Shown: piece after piece, positions 10,800-19,853 of the stretch
Numbering within the stretch: the stretch's first letter is position 1
Layout of the letters: each line of letters starts with the position of its first letter
Assembly (NCBI GenBank): GCA_020056635.1
Contig: JAGVHI010000024.1
Coordinates: forward strand, 2,317-66,316
Direction of reading: 5' to 3'
DNA length: 64,000 nt
DNA from: an archaeon
Lineage (GTDB): Archaea > Micrarchaeota > Micrarchaeia > Anstonellales > Anstonellaceae
Program-made: the position numbers and the translations under genes
Notes under the pieces: model-generated
Seen by the model: only the letters and a program-made list of their open reading frames with translations
Databases searched by the model: none
Told to the model about the DNA's origin: nothing

Positions 10800-10819
10800 G
10801 CGGTGGTTTCGTGGCTGAG

Positions 10820-11524
10820 ATGCTATACCTAACAGATTCCTACATGAAAGAATGCGATTCGAAAGTGGTTTCGGTGCTGGAAGGGAACAAAATTGTGCTG
10901 GATAGGACGGTGTTCTTTCCGCGTGGCGGCGGCGTCCCGTGCGATATGGGGAAACTGGTCGCAAATGGGAACGAGTACCCTGTGGCGAATGTGGTGAAGG
11001 AGAATGGGGAGATTGTGCACTGCGTGGCGGATGCGGCAGGGCTTGCAGCCGGGATGCAGGCAAAATGCGTGCTTGATTGGGAAAGGAGAAATAGGCTCAT
11101 GCGCTCGCATACTGCCGCGCATACGCTTGCATCAGTGCTGTACAGGCAGGAAGGGGTGCTCATTACTGGAAACCAGATTGAACTGGATAAGGTGAGGTTT
11201 GATTTCAACATGGCGCAGTTTGATGCTGAGAAGCTGAAAGCGCAAATTGGGAAAGCGAATGAACTTTTGAAGGAAGGGCATGAGGTGAAAATATACTCGA
11301 TGAAAAGGGAGGAGGCGTTCAAAATCCCCGAGGTCGTGAAACTGGCAGGTGCGCTTCCGCCTGCGATTGATGTGCTTAGGATTGTGGAAATTGTTGGGGT
11401 GGATGTGCAGGCCGATGGGGGTTGCCATGTGCGCAATACGAGCGAAGTGGGCGAGATTGAGTTTTTGAAGGCGGAGAATAAGGGAAAAGAGAATAGGAGG
11501 GTGTATTTCAAGCTGAGGGATTAG
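10820..11524 (+). CDS. alaX: Alanyl-tRNA editing protein AlaX (medium type)
   Basis: LYLTDSY, LDRTVFFP.GGG..D.G, HTAAH (HxxxH), DGGCHV, NKGK.NRR. Confidence 0.92.
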   Translation: MLYLTDSYMKECDSKVVSVLEGNKIVLDRTVFFPRGGGVPCDMGKLVANGNEYPVANVVKENGEIVHCVADAAGLAAGMQAKCVLDWERRNRLMRSHTAAHTLASVLYRQEGVLITGNQIELDKVRFDFNMAQFDAEKLKAQIGKANELLKEGHEVKIYSMKREEAFKIPEVVKLAGALPPAIDVLRIVEIVGVDVQADGGCHVRNTSEVGEIEFLKAENKGKENRRVYFKLRD

Positions 11525-11838
11525 CCGAATATCGCACCAAACCCGGCTTCCGCGCTGTTCTCCTCATCCTCGATTTTCTTTATCACGCGCTCTTGCACTG
11601 CAGGCTCGGTTTTCTCGCACATTGAATCAAGCTTGGAGTGCGCGAATTTTGCGAATTCCTCTGTGCAGGAGAGGTAGAGGTAGGCTTTCTTTGCATCCTC
11701 GGAAACTGAAGCGCCGTCTTTTAGCTTGTACCCGTTGCGGGAAAAGGACACTTTCTCGTAGGGCTCGGCCTCAAGCAGTTTTGTGAGTTCCGCTTTCTTT
11801 TCAGCAGGGAGTTGGAATACCATTTTCACATCTATCAC
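11521..11838 (-). CDS. Hypothetical protein
   Basis: 105-aa ORF with natural composition (SFSRNGY..KDG; C-terminal EE..A..GFG.IFG). Confidence 0.7.
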   Translation of the reverse strand: MIDVKMVFQLPAEKKAELTKLLEAEPYEKVSFSRNGYKLKDGASVSEDAKKAYLYLSCTEEFAKFAHSKLDSMCEKTEPAVQERVIKKIEDEENSAEAGFGAIFG

Positions 11839-11894
11839 CTTACGTAGTGTTGATGAAATAGGTTATGGAAAGGGAGAATAAAGAAGGTTTGCCT

Positions 11895-12179
11895 TCAGCG
11901 CATCGTCTTGCCGGTCTCGTCGCGCTTTATTTTCGCGTACACCACCAGCAGGCCCATGATGATTATGATAAGCGGGCCAATTGGCATGTTGGTGTCGAGC
12001 CAGCCGACCTCCTTTATGAACCATGTCACGCCCAGCACCGCAATCAGCATCCCGTATGCGAGCTGGTTCCTGCAGTCCTCCTCATAGCATTGCATCCATT
12101 GGGATGCGGTCGGCTCGCGCGGAACGTGGTGCGCGGCCGGGTGCGAAGCATGGTGTTTCGGCGCGGTTTTTATTGCCAT
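11895..12179 (-). CDS. Small two-TM membrane protein
   Basis: Two hydrophobic segments; TTTAAATA TATA box upstream. Confidence 0.65.
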   Translation of the reverse strand: MAIKTAPKHHASHPAAHHVPREPTASQWMQCYEEDCRNQLAYGMLIAVLGVTWFIKEVGWLDTNMPIGPLIIIIMGLLVVYAKIKRDETGKTMR

Positions 12180-12289
12180 GAGTCGCTTACCGAAACTATA
12201 TTTAAAAGCTTAACTAGGGGCGCAATCGGGGGAAAGTGTAAGGGGCGCCAAGAAGTTATTTAATCCCATCCAACCAAGCTTTTGCAAAG

Positions 12290-12571
12290 GTGGTTGCGTT
12301 GGCAAAGGTAGAGTTCAAGAAGGACGGCATATCGGTCGACGTTCCTGCAGGCACAGCGCTCATGAACATATGCGACGAGCACGGGGCGTCCGTTGCGTTC
12401 TCGTGTCGGGTCGGTGCTTGCACCTCGTGCCTTGTGACTGTGCTCTCCGGGCTTGAGAACCTCTCGCCCATGACCGAACAGGAGAAAATCACGCTTGAGG
12501 GGTTCGGGGCAAAGCCGAACCAGAGGCTTGCGTGCCAGGTAGTGGTGAACGGGGATTGCGTGATAGAGTAG
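12290..12571 (+). CDS. [2Fe-2S] ferredoxin
   Basis: FSCRVGACTSC (CX4CX2C) ... RLACQ. Confidence 0.92.
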   Translation: MVALAKVEFKKDGISVDVPAGTALMNICDEHGASVAFSCRVGACTSCLVTVLSGLENLSPMTEQEKITLEGFGAKPNQRLACQVVVNGDCVIE

Positions 12572-12584
12572 GCTGGTGCGAACC

Positions 12585-13148
12585 ATGGCAGAAGAGCAGG
12601 GGCAGATTCCGCAGATAAGCTTTGTCGAGATAAGGGACATATCGATTGCGATAGACTCGTATGATGACATTTTTTCGGATTTCGACCCGCGCGAATTCTC
12701 CAAGCGCGAAGTGTCGGACGATTTGCTAAAGGAACTGAGAAGGAGGCACATCGAAGCCAGGAGCGGGAAGTTCGAAGTCAGGTTCATACTCACCGCGGAC
12801 ATGCGGGACCCGAAGCTTGAGGCAACCATAAAAAAGAGGCTGCGCGAGCACTTCGAGCGAAGGCTAAAGGAGCTCGAAGAGGAGCTGCACTCGCGCAGGT
12901 GGAGGGGCAAAATGTACATCGCGTTCGGCGCCCTTTTCTTGCTCCTTCAGGCATATTACACTGCGTTTATAGCCGATGTGCTGTCCAGCGAGCTCCTTGC
13001 GATAATACTCGTGCCTGCCGGCTGGTTCGGCATGTTCACCGGGATTGAGAAATTGCTTGAGGATCCCGACAGGTTCGGCGAGCAGAAAAGGCTCAATGAG
13101 AAGCTCATGCACGCAAACTACATATTCCTTTCAGAGGACAGGGAATAG
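12585..13148 (+). CDS. Conserved hypothetical membrane protein
   Basis: DSYDDIFSDFDPR.FS.R.VS.D motif, two C-terminal TM helices. Confidence 0.75.
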   Translation: MAEEQGQIPQISFVEIRDISIAIDSYDDIFSDFDPREFSKREVSDDLLKELRRRHIEARSGKFEVRFILTADMRDPKLEATIKKRLREHFERRLKELEEELHSRRWRGKMYIAFGALFLLLQAYYTAFIADVLSSELLAIILVPAGWFGMFTGIEKLLEDPDRFGEQKRLNEKLMHANYIFLSEDRE

Positions 13149-13153
13149 CCTGT

Positions 13154-14350
13154 TTAGATAGGCTGGTTGAACTTGCCAGGGAAAATAATGGAAGGGAGCC
13201 ATTTTACCGCGGCATCCCTAAATTCGCGGAAGTGCGAGTCCGTCATTATGTACTCGTTTGTTATAGGCACTATTACATGATAGCATTGAAGCGAAACTGG
13301 AAAATGGCTTGGGGCCCTTGCCCATTGCACCCCAAGGTTCAAGAGGGAAAAGAGGGAGTTGATAGCAGCGATTGCCTGCTTTTCTGACAGGCCGGACGAG
13401 TATGGAACCAGTATTGCCCCGTCATCCGTGACTGCGATAGTGTTGCTGCCTGCTATCGGCATTTTATCTATAAGCTCGCGGGTAATTCCAGCTTTTCTTG
13501 AGGGGACCTTGTCCTTCAAACCCAATTTTTCCTCATCTGCACGCCTGGCGCCCACCTTTGCAACAAGATCAACGACGTTCTGCTGCAAATCAGGGTGGCC
13601 GTACGTTCGCAAGGCCCAGATGTATTCTGCATACAGGTCCGGGTGGATTGCGCTTGCTATTTCAGCAGCCAGGATTCCCTTTTGTGTGGTGCGCAATACC
13701 TTGTCCTGAGGGCAACCATCAAGGTCGCACAGGTTTTCAAGCACGTCCGCTGCGATTTTCATCACTATAGCCCGCACCTTTGTCGAGGAAAGAAGCTCGT
13801 TCATGAAACTTTTGAAATAATCAGCATCTCCGGACTCGTGCGTAACTGGGTTGGACATGTGGTCCAATAGGTCTCCTGCGCCCGGGCAGATTGCCGCACT
13901 CACCTGCTGTGCAGTCATGCCGCCATCCTCTTTCAAATCATGCACCCCAGCCTGTATTGCGTAAAGGGTTTTTCGAGTGATGATTGCAATGCGCAGCGCT
14001 ACACGGAGCGAATGGCATTTGGCCTCCATTTTTCCGTTGGCTCTCATGGAATTGCCGAATTTTTCATCAAGAAGGGCAGCCATCCGCTCTATCGCTTTGG
14101 GGTCGTAGTCCTTTGAGCGGCGCAATACCCTGTGAATCTCAGCAACAATCGCATCCCGCTCGGCCGGGAGGTTGCGGAATTGCTTCCAATCCAGCAGCTC
14201 CGGCTTGCGCGGGGAGAGAATGCGCCCTATTCCACTGTGGTCCCATAGAAAACCGGCAAAGCCAGAGCGAGGCAGCCTGCCCCCTAATAGAAAAACTTCT
14301 TTTGGGACCCCGTTTGCAGCACTATCACTCTTGCCGTTAAAGACTCGCAT
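13154..14350 (-). CDS. HD-domain protein, RelA/SpoT (Mesh1/SAH) hydrolase-like, degenerate
   Basis: R.NG....HSLRVA ... AGVHDLKED ... KIAADVLENL follows the motif order of the (p)ppGpp hydrolase HD domain. Confidence 0.6.
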   Translation of the reverse strand: MRVFNGKSDSAANGVPKEVFLLGGRLPRSGFAGFLWDHSGIGRILSPRKPELLDWKQFRNLPAERDAIVAEIHRVLRRSKDYDPKAIERMAALLDEKFGNSMRANGKMEAKCHSLRVALRIAIITRKTLYAIQAGVHDLKEDGGMTAQQVSAAICPGAGDLLDHMSNPVTHESGDADYFKSFMNELLSSTKVRAIVMKIAADVLENLCDLDGCPQDKVLRTTQKGILAAEIASAIHPDLYAEYIWALRTYGHPDLQQNVVDLVAKVGARRADEEKLGLKDKVPSRKAGITRELIDKMPIAGSNTIAVTDDGAILVPYSSGLSEKQAIAAINSLFSLLNLGVQWARAPSHFPVSLQCYHVIVPITNEYIMTDSHFREFRDAAVKWLPSIIFPGKFNQPI

Positions 14351-14544
14351 GTTGCCCCCCTCTAACGCTAATTTTGTGGTTTTTTGGATTTTAATACGTA
14401 TGCCTAGAGAGGAATTGGAAAAACAGGATGTTTATATTTTACATGTTTAACCAGATATATAAATAATATTATAAAGGCTGAAAGCAAATAACTTTGGCAA
14501 GAATAATCAGATAACTCATGGTTTTCAGAAAAGATGATGGTTAG

Positions 14545-15111
14545 ATGGTGCCAAAACTAGAAAACGCCCAGTTTAGAATGCTCAGGCGCCCTTCTCATTC
14601 AGTTAGGGATACGTGCCGCCATGCATTAAGGCATCCGTGGCAGACGCTCAAGGACCTTGTATTGCTAGACAGGCAGTTTAGGCATGTTGAGAGGATTAGC
14701 GATACTGAAAAGGGGGTTTTCACCAATCTAGTGATAGCAAACATTGAAGCTGCATCAATTATGGGTGGCGATCCCAAGCTTAGGGCAGCGCTTGATTCCA
14801 AATTAGAGGAAATATGCGCAAACGAATCGCAATTGAGGAGCGAGTACGCGAAAATGAATAAGCACTACAAGGCAAGCGTTTGGACTGTTGCAATCACTTG
14901 CGCGATTGGGTTGGCGAATCTCGCGCTAAGCTACTTCGAAGTTGCATTGCCGCCCGTAGTTCGGGCCATAGCCTCGTACCTTAGCCTCCCGCCCATAGCG
15001 GCGGTTGCATTGCTCCTGCGCACGCACATAAAGCGCAAGCACGTGAAGGAAACCCTCTTTGAAATCGAGGTGACAAAAGAATTCGCAAGGGAGATGCAGA
15101 GTGGGGAATAG
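14545..15111 (+). CDS. Hypothetical two-TM membrane protein
   Basis: 188-aa ORF with two hydrophobic segments; AT-rich promoter upstream. Confidence 0.65.
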   Translation: MVPKLENAQFRMLRRPSHSVRDTCRHALRHPWQTLKDLVLLDRQFRHVERISDTEKGVFTNLVIANIEAASIMGGDPKLRAALDSKLEEICANESQLRSEYAKMNKHYKASVWTVAITCAIGLANLALSYFEVALPPVVRAIASYLSLPPIAAVALLLRTHIKRKHVKETLFEIEVTKEFAREMQSGE

Positions 15112-15114
15112 AAC

Positions 15115-15256
15115 TTTTCCGTCGGCATGTTTCTTTTTGGGGGTGAGCCCTCAGCCCCTTTGGAGAGGGAGTTACGGAAGAGCGAGAAGTTTTCCGTCAA
15201 ATTCTTTTCTTTTGGGGTGAAACCCTCAGCCCTTTTCTTTTCCCAAAAGAAAAGGG
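15115..15256 (-). repeat. Y-R-mirror-R hairpin element, with ~75-bp tandem duplication, immediately 3' of tRNA-Pro
   Basis: Hairpin CCCTTTTCTTTT-ccc-AAAAGAAAAGGG (15230-15256), mirror tract TTTTCTTTT (15205-15213); two units TTTTCCGTC...TTTTGGGG(G)TGA(A/G)..CCCTCAGCCC starting at 15115 and 15190. Confidence 0.65.
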
Positions 15257-15264
15257 ATATGGGA

Positions 15265-15337
15265 TGGGGGATCAGAGATTTGAACTCTGACAACCAGCTC
15301 CCAAAGCTGGCAGCATACCAGGTTAGCTCAATCCCCC
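15265..15337 (-). tRNA. tRNA-Pro(TGG)
   Basis: Acceptor GGGGGAT/ATCCCCC+A, anticodon arm CCAGC-TTTGGGA-GCTGG, T arm CAGAG-TTCAAAT-CTCTG. Confidence 0.93.
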
Positions 15338-15410
15338 GAAAGAGAACTTAATATTATGCGGGATGCGATTTTAAAAAGCAGGACTTGGAATCTGGTGAAA
15401 GGTGGTATTG

Positions 15411-15680
15411 ATGCATGAGAAGGATGCTCTTACAATAATACTGGCTCTCGGGATTGCCGGGATGCTTTTCTCGGGCTATCTCACTTGGGGCGAAGTATTT
15501 GCACCCCAGCTAAAGTGCCTGCCCGATGCAGCTGCGCCCTCGTGCGGCGCGAATGTAGGGCTTACTGAACTATTCGGGCTGCCAGTCTGCATTTACGGGT
15601 TTGCGATGTATACAGCAATAACGCTTGTTTCAGGCTGCGCGCTTTTCGGGAAGAAAAAAGATGGCAAGAAGAGAAAGTGA
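15411..15680 (+). CDS. Short VKOR (vitamin K epoxide reductase)-like membrane protein
   Basis: TM-FSGYLT, loop C..SC, ELFGLPVC.YG motif. Confidence 0.6.
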   Translation: MHEKDALTIILALGIAGMLFSGYLTWGEVFAPQLKCLPDAAAPSCGANVGLTELFGLPVCIYGFAMYTAITLVSGCALFGKKKDGKKRK

Positions 15681-15681
15681 G

Positions 15682-16356
15682 CTAGCGGAATTTGTGCGCC
15701 ACTTTTGCAAATGTGCTCCCTAAATGCACCAAAGGCGAGCTTAGCTTCCCGATTGCTTTTGTTTTTCCCTTTGTGATTGCTTTCCGCAAATCTTCCGCTG
15801 TTTCTCCTTCAAATTCGGTGAGCGCTGTCCCTATTTCGAAAGCCATGTGCGCATCGCTTCCCCCGACCTTGGCTTTCTTGTGATTGCTGGCAAATTCCAT
15901 TGCCTTGAGATTATCATCTATGAAAGTAACCCTTGCGTTCAGCACTTCTATTGCATGGATTTTGGAGAGCTGCGATTTTGCAAGCGAATCCATTGGGAGG
16001 TGGTGGCGCAGCGAATCGAAGGGGTGAGGGGCGGAGATTATTGCATCCTGCGAGCGGAGCAGGTCCAGAGTTTCATCCAGCGAAAGTTTCTTTGGAATCA
16101 GTTCGTTCATGAAAAGCCCTATCACTTCGCCTTCCTTGGTTCTGATTTCTTCGCCCAGAATTATGCGGACCTGAGATTTGAGCTCCTTTGCAAGCTTTTT
16201 TGCCTCAAGCGCCCCTTCGAAATTGTTATGGTCCGTGATTGCGATCATATTGATGCCTTTGCGTTCAGCCACGCGCAAAATTGAGCGCAGCTCGGAAAGC
16301 GAATCTGGGGAGTATTTAGTGTGCAAGTGAAGCTCTGCGAATCCCAAGGGAAGCAC
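15682..16356 (-). CDS. PHP-domain metal-dependent phosphoesterase
   Basis: LHLHT.YS.D, AITDHN, GEEI.T, HPFD, GGSDAH. Confidence 0.9.
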   Translation of the reverse strand: MLPLGFAELHLHTKYSPDSLSELRSILRVAERKGINMIAITDHNNFEGALEAKKLAKELKSQVRIILGEEIRTKEGEVIGLFMNELIPKKLSLDETLDLLRSQDAIISAPHPFDSLRHHLPMDSLAKSQLSKIHAIEVLNARVTFIDDNLKAMEFASNHKKAKVGGSDAHMAFEIGTALTEFEGETAEDLRKAITKGKTKAIGKLSSPLVHLGSTFAKVAHKFR

Positions 16357-17001
16357 CTAATCCACTATTTCGCTTCCGCCTATAAAAACAAGCCCGTTCT
16401 TCTGCGCGTATTTTTTCGCATCCGCAAGCGAGAGCGCTTTCCCGCTCCCCAGCATCTCGCATACTAGAACCGCGGGAGGGAGGGTTGCAAGCCTGCAGAG
16501 CTCAAGCGCAAGCTCTGTGTGCCCATTTCGCTCCTTTATTCCCCTGCCTATGAGAAGCTGGAGGTGACCCGGGGTGCGGAAGTTGGCTTCGAAAAAAGAG
16601 CGCGGATTTGGAGCAATGGTGCAATTTGCAAATTCACGCGAAGTGAGCGCGCGCTCCTCATCAGGTATTCCGGTATAGGTTTTCACATGGTTTATTGAAA
16701 CTGAGAATGCGGACTTGTCCCCGTAGCCCGCGCGCTTGGAAGAGGTTTTTGCAAGTGTCGGGCTGCCTGAGCGTATCAGAATATCTTCGAGGTGCTCAAG
16801 CCCGATTTTTTGTGCGGAAAGGGAATCTGTTGCAAGGCAGAGGAGACCGCCTGCGTCTTTGCGCATTAGGGTGATTTTTTCCGAGGTTGCAAATGATGCG
16901 TGCAGCACTAAGTCGCACTCGCCCTCACGTTCAGCTGAATCGAAAAGAACGATTGGCTTGCCTGCTTTCAATGAGGAGACTGCGTCCACTAGATTACCCA
17001 T
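16357..17001 (-). CDS. ribB: 3,4-dihydroxy-2-butanone-4-phosphate synthase (archaeal type)
   Basis: D...REGECDL, MRKDAGGLLC, YGDKSAFS..INH..T.TGI.D.ERA, FRTPGH, R.GHTE, CEML. Confidence 0.93.
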   Translation of the reverse strand: MGNLVDAVSSLKAGKPIVLFDSAEREGECDLVLHASFATSEKITLMRKDAGGLLCLATDSLSAQKIGLEHLEDILIRSGSPTLAKTSSKRAGYGDKSAFSVSINHVKTYTGIPDEERALTSREFANCTIAPNPRSFFEANFRTPGHLQLLIGRGIKERNGHTELALELCRLATLPPAVLVCEMLGSGKALSLADAKKYAQKNGLVFIGGSEIVD

Positions 17002-17055
17002 GGATGGTTAATTACCCGGAATTGTTTAAAACCGGGATTACCTGAAATCGCGTGC

Positions 17056-18000
17056 TTATGAGGGGATTGCGCCTTTCTGGGATTTTAGGTGCTCGTGCGA
17101 TTTCCAGAAAAAGAAGCCTATGAGCAGGAATGTGATTACTGGGGATACAAAGCTTGGGATGCTGATTCCGAATGCGTCCGCAAGCATCACAAGCCCGAGG
17201 AAGAATACTGAGTACATTGCCCCGTTTTTCAGGTAAACATATTTTTTCACGTTTTCTATGTTGTGTATTGTGAATTCCCGCACAATGAAAGCGCCAAGCC
17301 CGCTCCCAAGCATTATGAGAGGGACAGACATTGTGAATGCGAATGCCCCCACCACCCCGTCAATTGAAAATGTGCCGTCTATCACTTCAAGGTAGAGGAT
17401 TTTGCTCCAGTCGCTCATGCCGCTTGAGCCTGCGCCTGAGAGGAGCTTTTGCTCGGCTGCTTCCGCATTCTGCTTGAACCCGTGCGTTATGAAAAATGCG
17501 GTTGAGCCCACAACTGCACCAAATGCCATCAATGGACTTTGCTGCAATGCGAACCAGACTATTATCGTGAGCAGGATGGAGACTACTGCGAAGAACCATA
17601 CTCCCTGCTCCATGAGGAACTGCTCCCCGTGCAATCCAAACGTTTTGGGCTCAAGGAAAAGCCAGTGAAGGAAAAGGAATATCAGGAAAATGCCCCCTGC
17701 GGAGAGCAGGATTGGGGCGCTTGCCTCTAACGCCTCTATCACATGCGGGTCGTCGGAGAAGGTTGCGGTGAATGCGCCCATTATGCCTATTTGGGGCGCG
17801 GATGCAAACACTATGAGAAGAGGGAGGCCGAGCCGGAGCGCGAATACTGCAACCAGCATGCCCCAGGTGAGGAACCAGCGCTTTGCGCGCTCGCTCATCT
17901 TCGTGAGGATTGATGCGTTTATTACAGCATTGTCTATACTAGAGATTGACTCGAATAGCGCTAGGCCGATGATTGTGAGGAACGCGGAGAGGAGGTCCAT
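17056..18000 (-). CDS. TerC-like (DUF475) integral membrane protein
   Basis: FESISSIDNAVINA, FLTWG, YLEVID.TFSIDGV.GAFA, YL..GA.Y. Confidence 0.88.
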   Translation of the reverse strand: MDLLSAFLTIIGLALFESISSIDNAVINASILTKMSERAKRWFLTWGMLVAVFALRLGLPLLIVFASAPQIGIMGAFTATFSDDPHVIEALEASAPILLSAGGIFLIFLFLHWLFLEPKTFGLHGEQFLMEQGVWFFAVVSILLTIIVWFALQQSPLMAFGAVVGSTAFFITHGFKQNAEAAEQKLLSGAGSSGMSDWSKILYLEVIDGTFSIDGVVGAFAFTMSVPLIMLGSGLGAFIVREFTIHNIENVKKYVYLKNGAMYSVFFLGLVMLADAFGISIPSFVSPVITFLLIGFFFWKSHEHLKSQKGAIPS

Positions 18001-18091
18001 TGGCCTAGATTAGGAATGAAGGGAATAAAAGCGATATCGAAGACCGTCTATAGAATCTTTAAATAGTTTGAGCACCCCTAACTTTTCTTAT

Positions 18092-18320
18092 CCCGCCATA
18101 GCTCAACCTGGCTAGAGCGCCTGGCTGTAGTCTGCCAAATCGGCCTTATGCGATTGCGCATGTGGTCATCAGGAAGTTGTGTGTTCAATAGCCCTTTTCT
18201 CTCTCCGAGAGAAAAGCCCTCGTGGAAAAGAGAAACCATTTGGCGAAAAATATCCGCTTCGCGCGGTTTTTTCGCGCTGATAAAAGTCTCTTTTCGGCTG
18301 AACCAATCACACTGGCGGGA
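18092..18320 (+). tRNA. tRNA-Tyr(GTA) with two introns (37/38: 18131-18167; 58/59: 18189-18305)
   Basis: Acceptor CCCGCCA/TGGCGGG+A; anticodon CT-GTA-G; T stem GTGTG/CACAC split by a 117-nt insert with BHB (GTTC/GAAC central helix, AGCC/GGCT inner helix); splicing restores TTCAAAT. Confidence 0.88.
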
Positions 18321-18357
18321 TTTTTTAAACCTACAACAGCATATGGAAGAGCCACTT

Positions 18358-18511
18358 GCCTCGGTAATGTAGTGGTCTAGCATTCCGGCCTGTCGCAAGG
18401 CCCCTTTTCTTTCTTAAAAAGAAAGAAAATGCCCCTGGGTTCAAAAGAAAGAAACGGATCCAGCAACCTTGCAGAAAGTCGGCAACCCGGGTTCGAATCC
18501 CGGCCGAGGCG
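18358..18511 (+). tRNA. tRNA-Asp(GTC) with 81-nt intron at 37/38 (18396-18476)
   Basis: Acceptor GCCTCGG/CCGAGGC+G; CT-GTC-G; canonical BHB (CTGT/GCAG, AAGG/CCTT); T arm CCGGG-TTCGAAT-CCCGG. Confidence 0.93.
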
Positions 18512-18524
18512 CTCCTTTTTCGTT

Positions 18525-19265
18525 TCACTTGTAAGCAGCCACTTTCAAACTCTCAAGCGGGAAGCCCTCGTATTGGCGCTTGCTGATTCCAGCGTCTTCG
18601 GACAGGGTTTTGATTGTGAAACCCGCACCGGTTATGAGCTTGAGATATTCGTCCTTCAATACCGCCCCGCCGACACAGCCTGCAATGAGCTCTTCGTTTT
18701 TCCTATCAGAAACAGAGAGCTCCTTTAGGAGGACGATGTCGGAAACGAAGAGCCGCCCGCCCTTTTTGAGCACCCTGTACGCCTCGGAGAATACCTTCCC
18801 CTTGTTGGGGGAGAGGTTGATGACACAGTTGCTTATGATTACATCTACTGAATTGTGCTCAACCGGAAGCTCCTCTATTTCCCCGAGCCTGAATTCCACG
18901 TTGGGGTAGCCGTATTTGGCTGCGTTGGCCCGCGCCTTCTCCACCATCGCATCAGTCATGTCAACCCCGATTACCTTGCCTGTTTTGCCGGTTTTTTTAG
19001 CGGCAAGGAAGCAGTCAAAGCCCGCGCCGGAGCCTAGGTCAAGCACGGTTTCCCCTTCCCTTATCTCGCCAAGCGCTGTCGGGTTGCCGCAGCCAAGCCC
19101 GAGGTTTGCGTCGGGCGCTGCGCTTATTTCCGCATCGGAATATCCGATGCTTTTGGCAATTTGCCCTGCGGCCTTGTTCCTGCAAGAGCACGAGCAGCCG
19201 CACCCTGATTGCGCTATTTTCCCGTAGCTTTCCTTCACTATTTTCTTGAGTTTACTAATCTCCAT
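18525..19265 (-). CDS. arsM: Arsenite methyltransferase
   Basis: [39 protein letters not shown]; start re-assigned to ATG 19265. Confidence 0.9.
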   Translation of the reverse strand: MEISKLKKIVKESYGKIAQSGCGCSCSCRNKAAGQIAKSIGYSDAEISAAPDANLGLGCGNPTALGEIREGETVLDLGSGAGFDCFLAAKKTGKTGKVIGVDMTDAMVEKARANAAKYGYPNVEFRLGEIEELPVEHNSVDVIISNCVINLSPNKGKVFSEAYRVLKKGGRLFVSDIVLLKELSVSDRKNEELIAGCVGGAVLKDEYLKLITGAGFTIKTLSEDAGISKRQYEGFPLESLKVAAYK

Positions 19266-19374
19266 GCCATCCCCTTTGGCATCCTTTGCCCGCCCAAAAT
19301 TAATTAACGCAGCCCCTGTTTCCTGCAAGCTTGTTTGGGAAGCGATTTTAAACATTGTACCCCTGTTATCCAGC

Positions 19375-19803
19375 ATGGAAGGCTGCATATTCTGCAAAAT
19401 AGCCACAAACGAGATAGCTTCGCTCAAAATAGCCGAGGACGAGGTGCACCTTGCTTTCCTGGATATCAATCCGCTTTCCCCGGGGCACACGCTTGTGATG
19501 ACCAAGGAGCATTTTGAGAAGTTCGAGGAAATTCCCGAGGAGAGGATTGTGGGGTTCATGAGCTTTCTGCAGAGGTGCGTGAGAGCGGTTGGGAAGGGGA
19601 CTGGGGCGGATGGGTTGAATGTCCTGGTGAATTCGGGCAAAGCGGCTGGGCAATTGATTCCGCATGCGCATTTCCATATCATCCCTAGGTTCTCAGGGGA
19701 CCCGCTTCAAAAAGCATTCAATCATAACAGGGGAAAATACCCTGCGGGGAAAGATAAGGAATATGCTGAGAAGATTAGGGGCGAGTATGAAAAAGCGAAG
19801 TGA
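19375..19803 (+). CDS. HIT family hydrolase
   Basis: [32 protein letters not shown]. Confidence 0.93.
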   Translation: MEGCIFCKIATNEIASLKIAEDEVHLAFLDINPLSPGHTLVMTKEHFEKFEEIPEERIVGFMSFLQRCVRAVGKGTGADGLNVLVNSGKAAGQLIPHAHFHIIPRFSGDPLQKAFNHNRGKYPAGKDKEYAEKIRGEYEKAK

Positions 19804-19853
19804 AGCTGGGAAAGATGGTGAGCAAGGAATCAGAAAAGCGGGCGTGATGTGTT

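Noticed and set aside
15115..15256. CRISPR array
   Set aside because: Only two degenerate units, no constant repeat with unique spacers, and no cas genes in the window
13154..15264. Integrated island at the tRNA-Pro 3' end
   Set aside because: No integrase and no convincing distal att duplication found by eye
18189..18305. Box C/D guide RNA intron (as in euryarchaeal pre-tRNA-Trp)
   Set aside because: CTGA occurs twice, but there is no RTGATGA C box and the motif is not conserved in the Ala, Thr or Asp copies
18078..18528. Short ORFs over the tRNA-Tyr/Asp, Thr (36033-36503) and Ala (60860-61177) loci
   Set aside because: They overlap tRNA genes and low-complexity tracts and have no protein-like features
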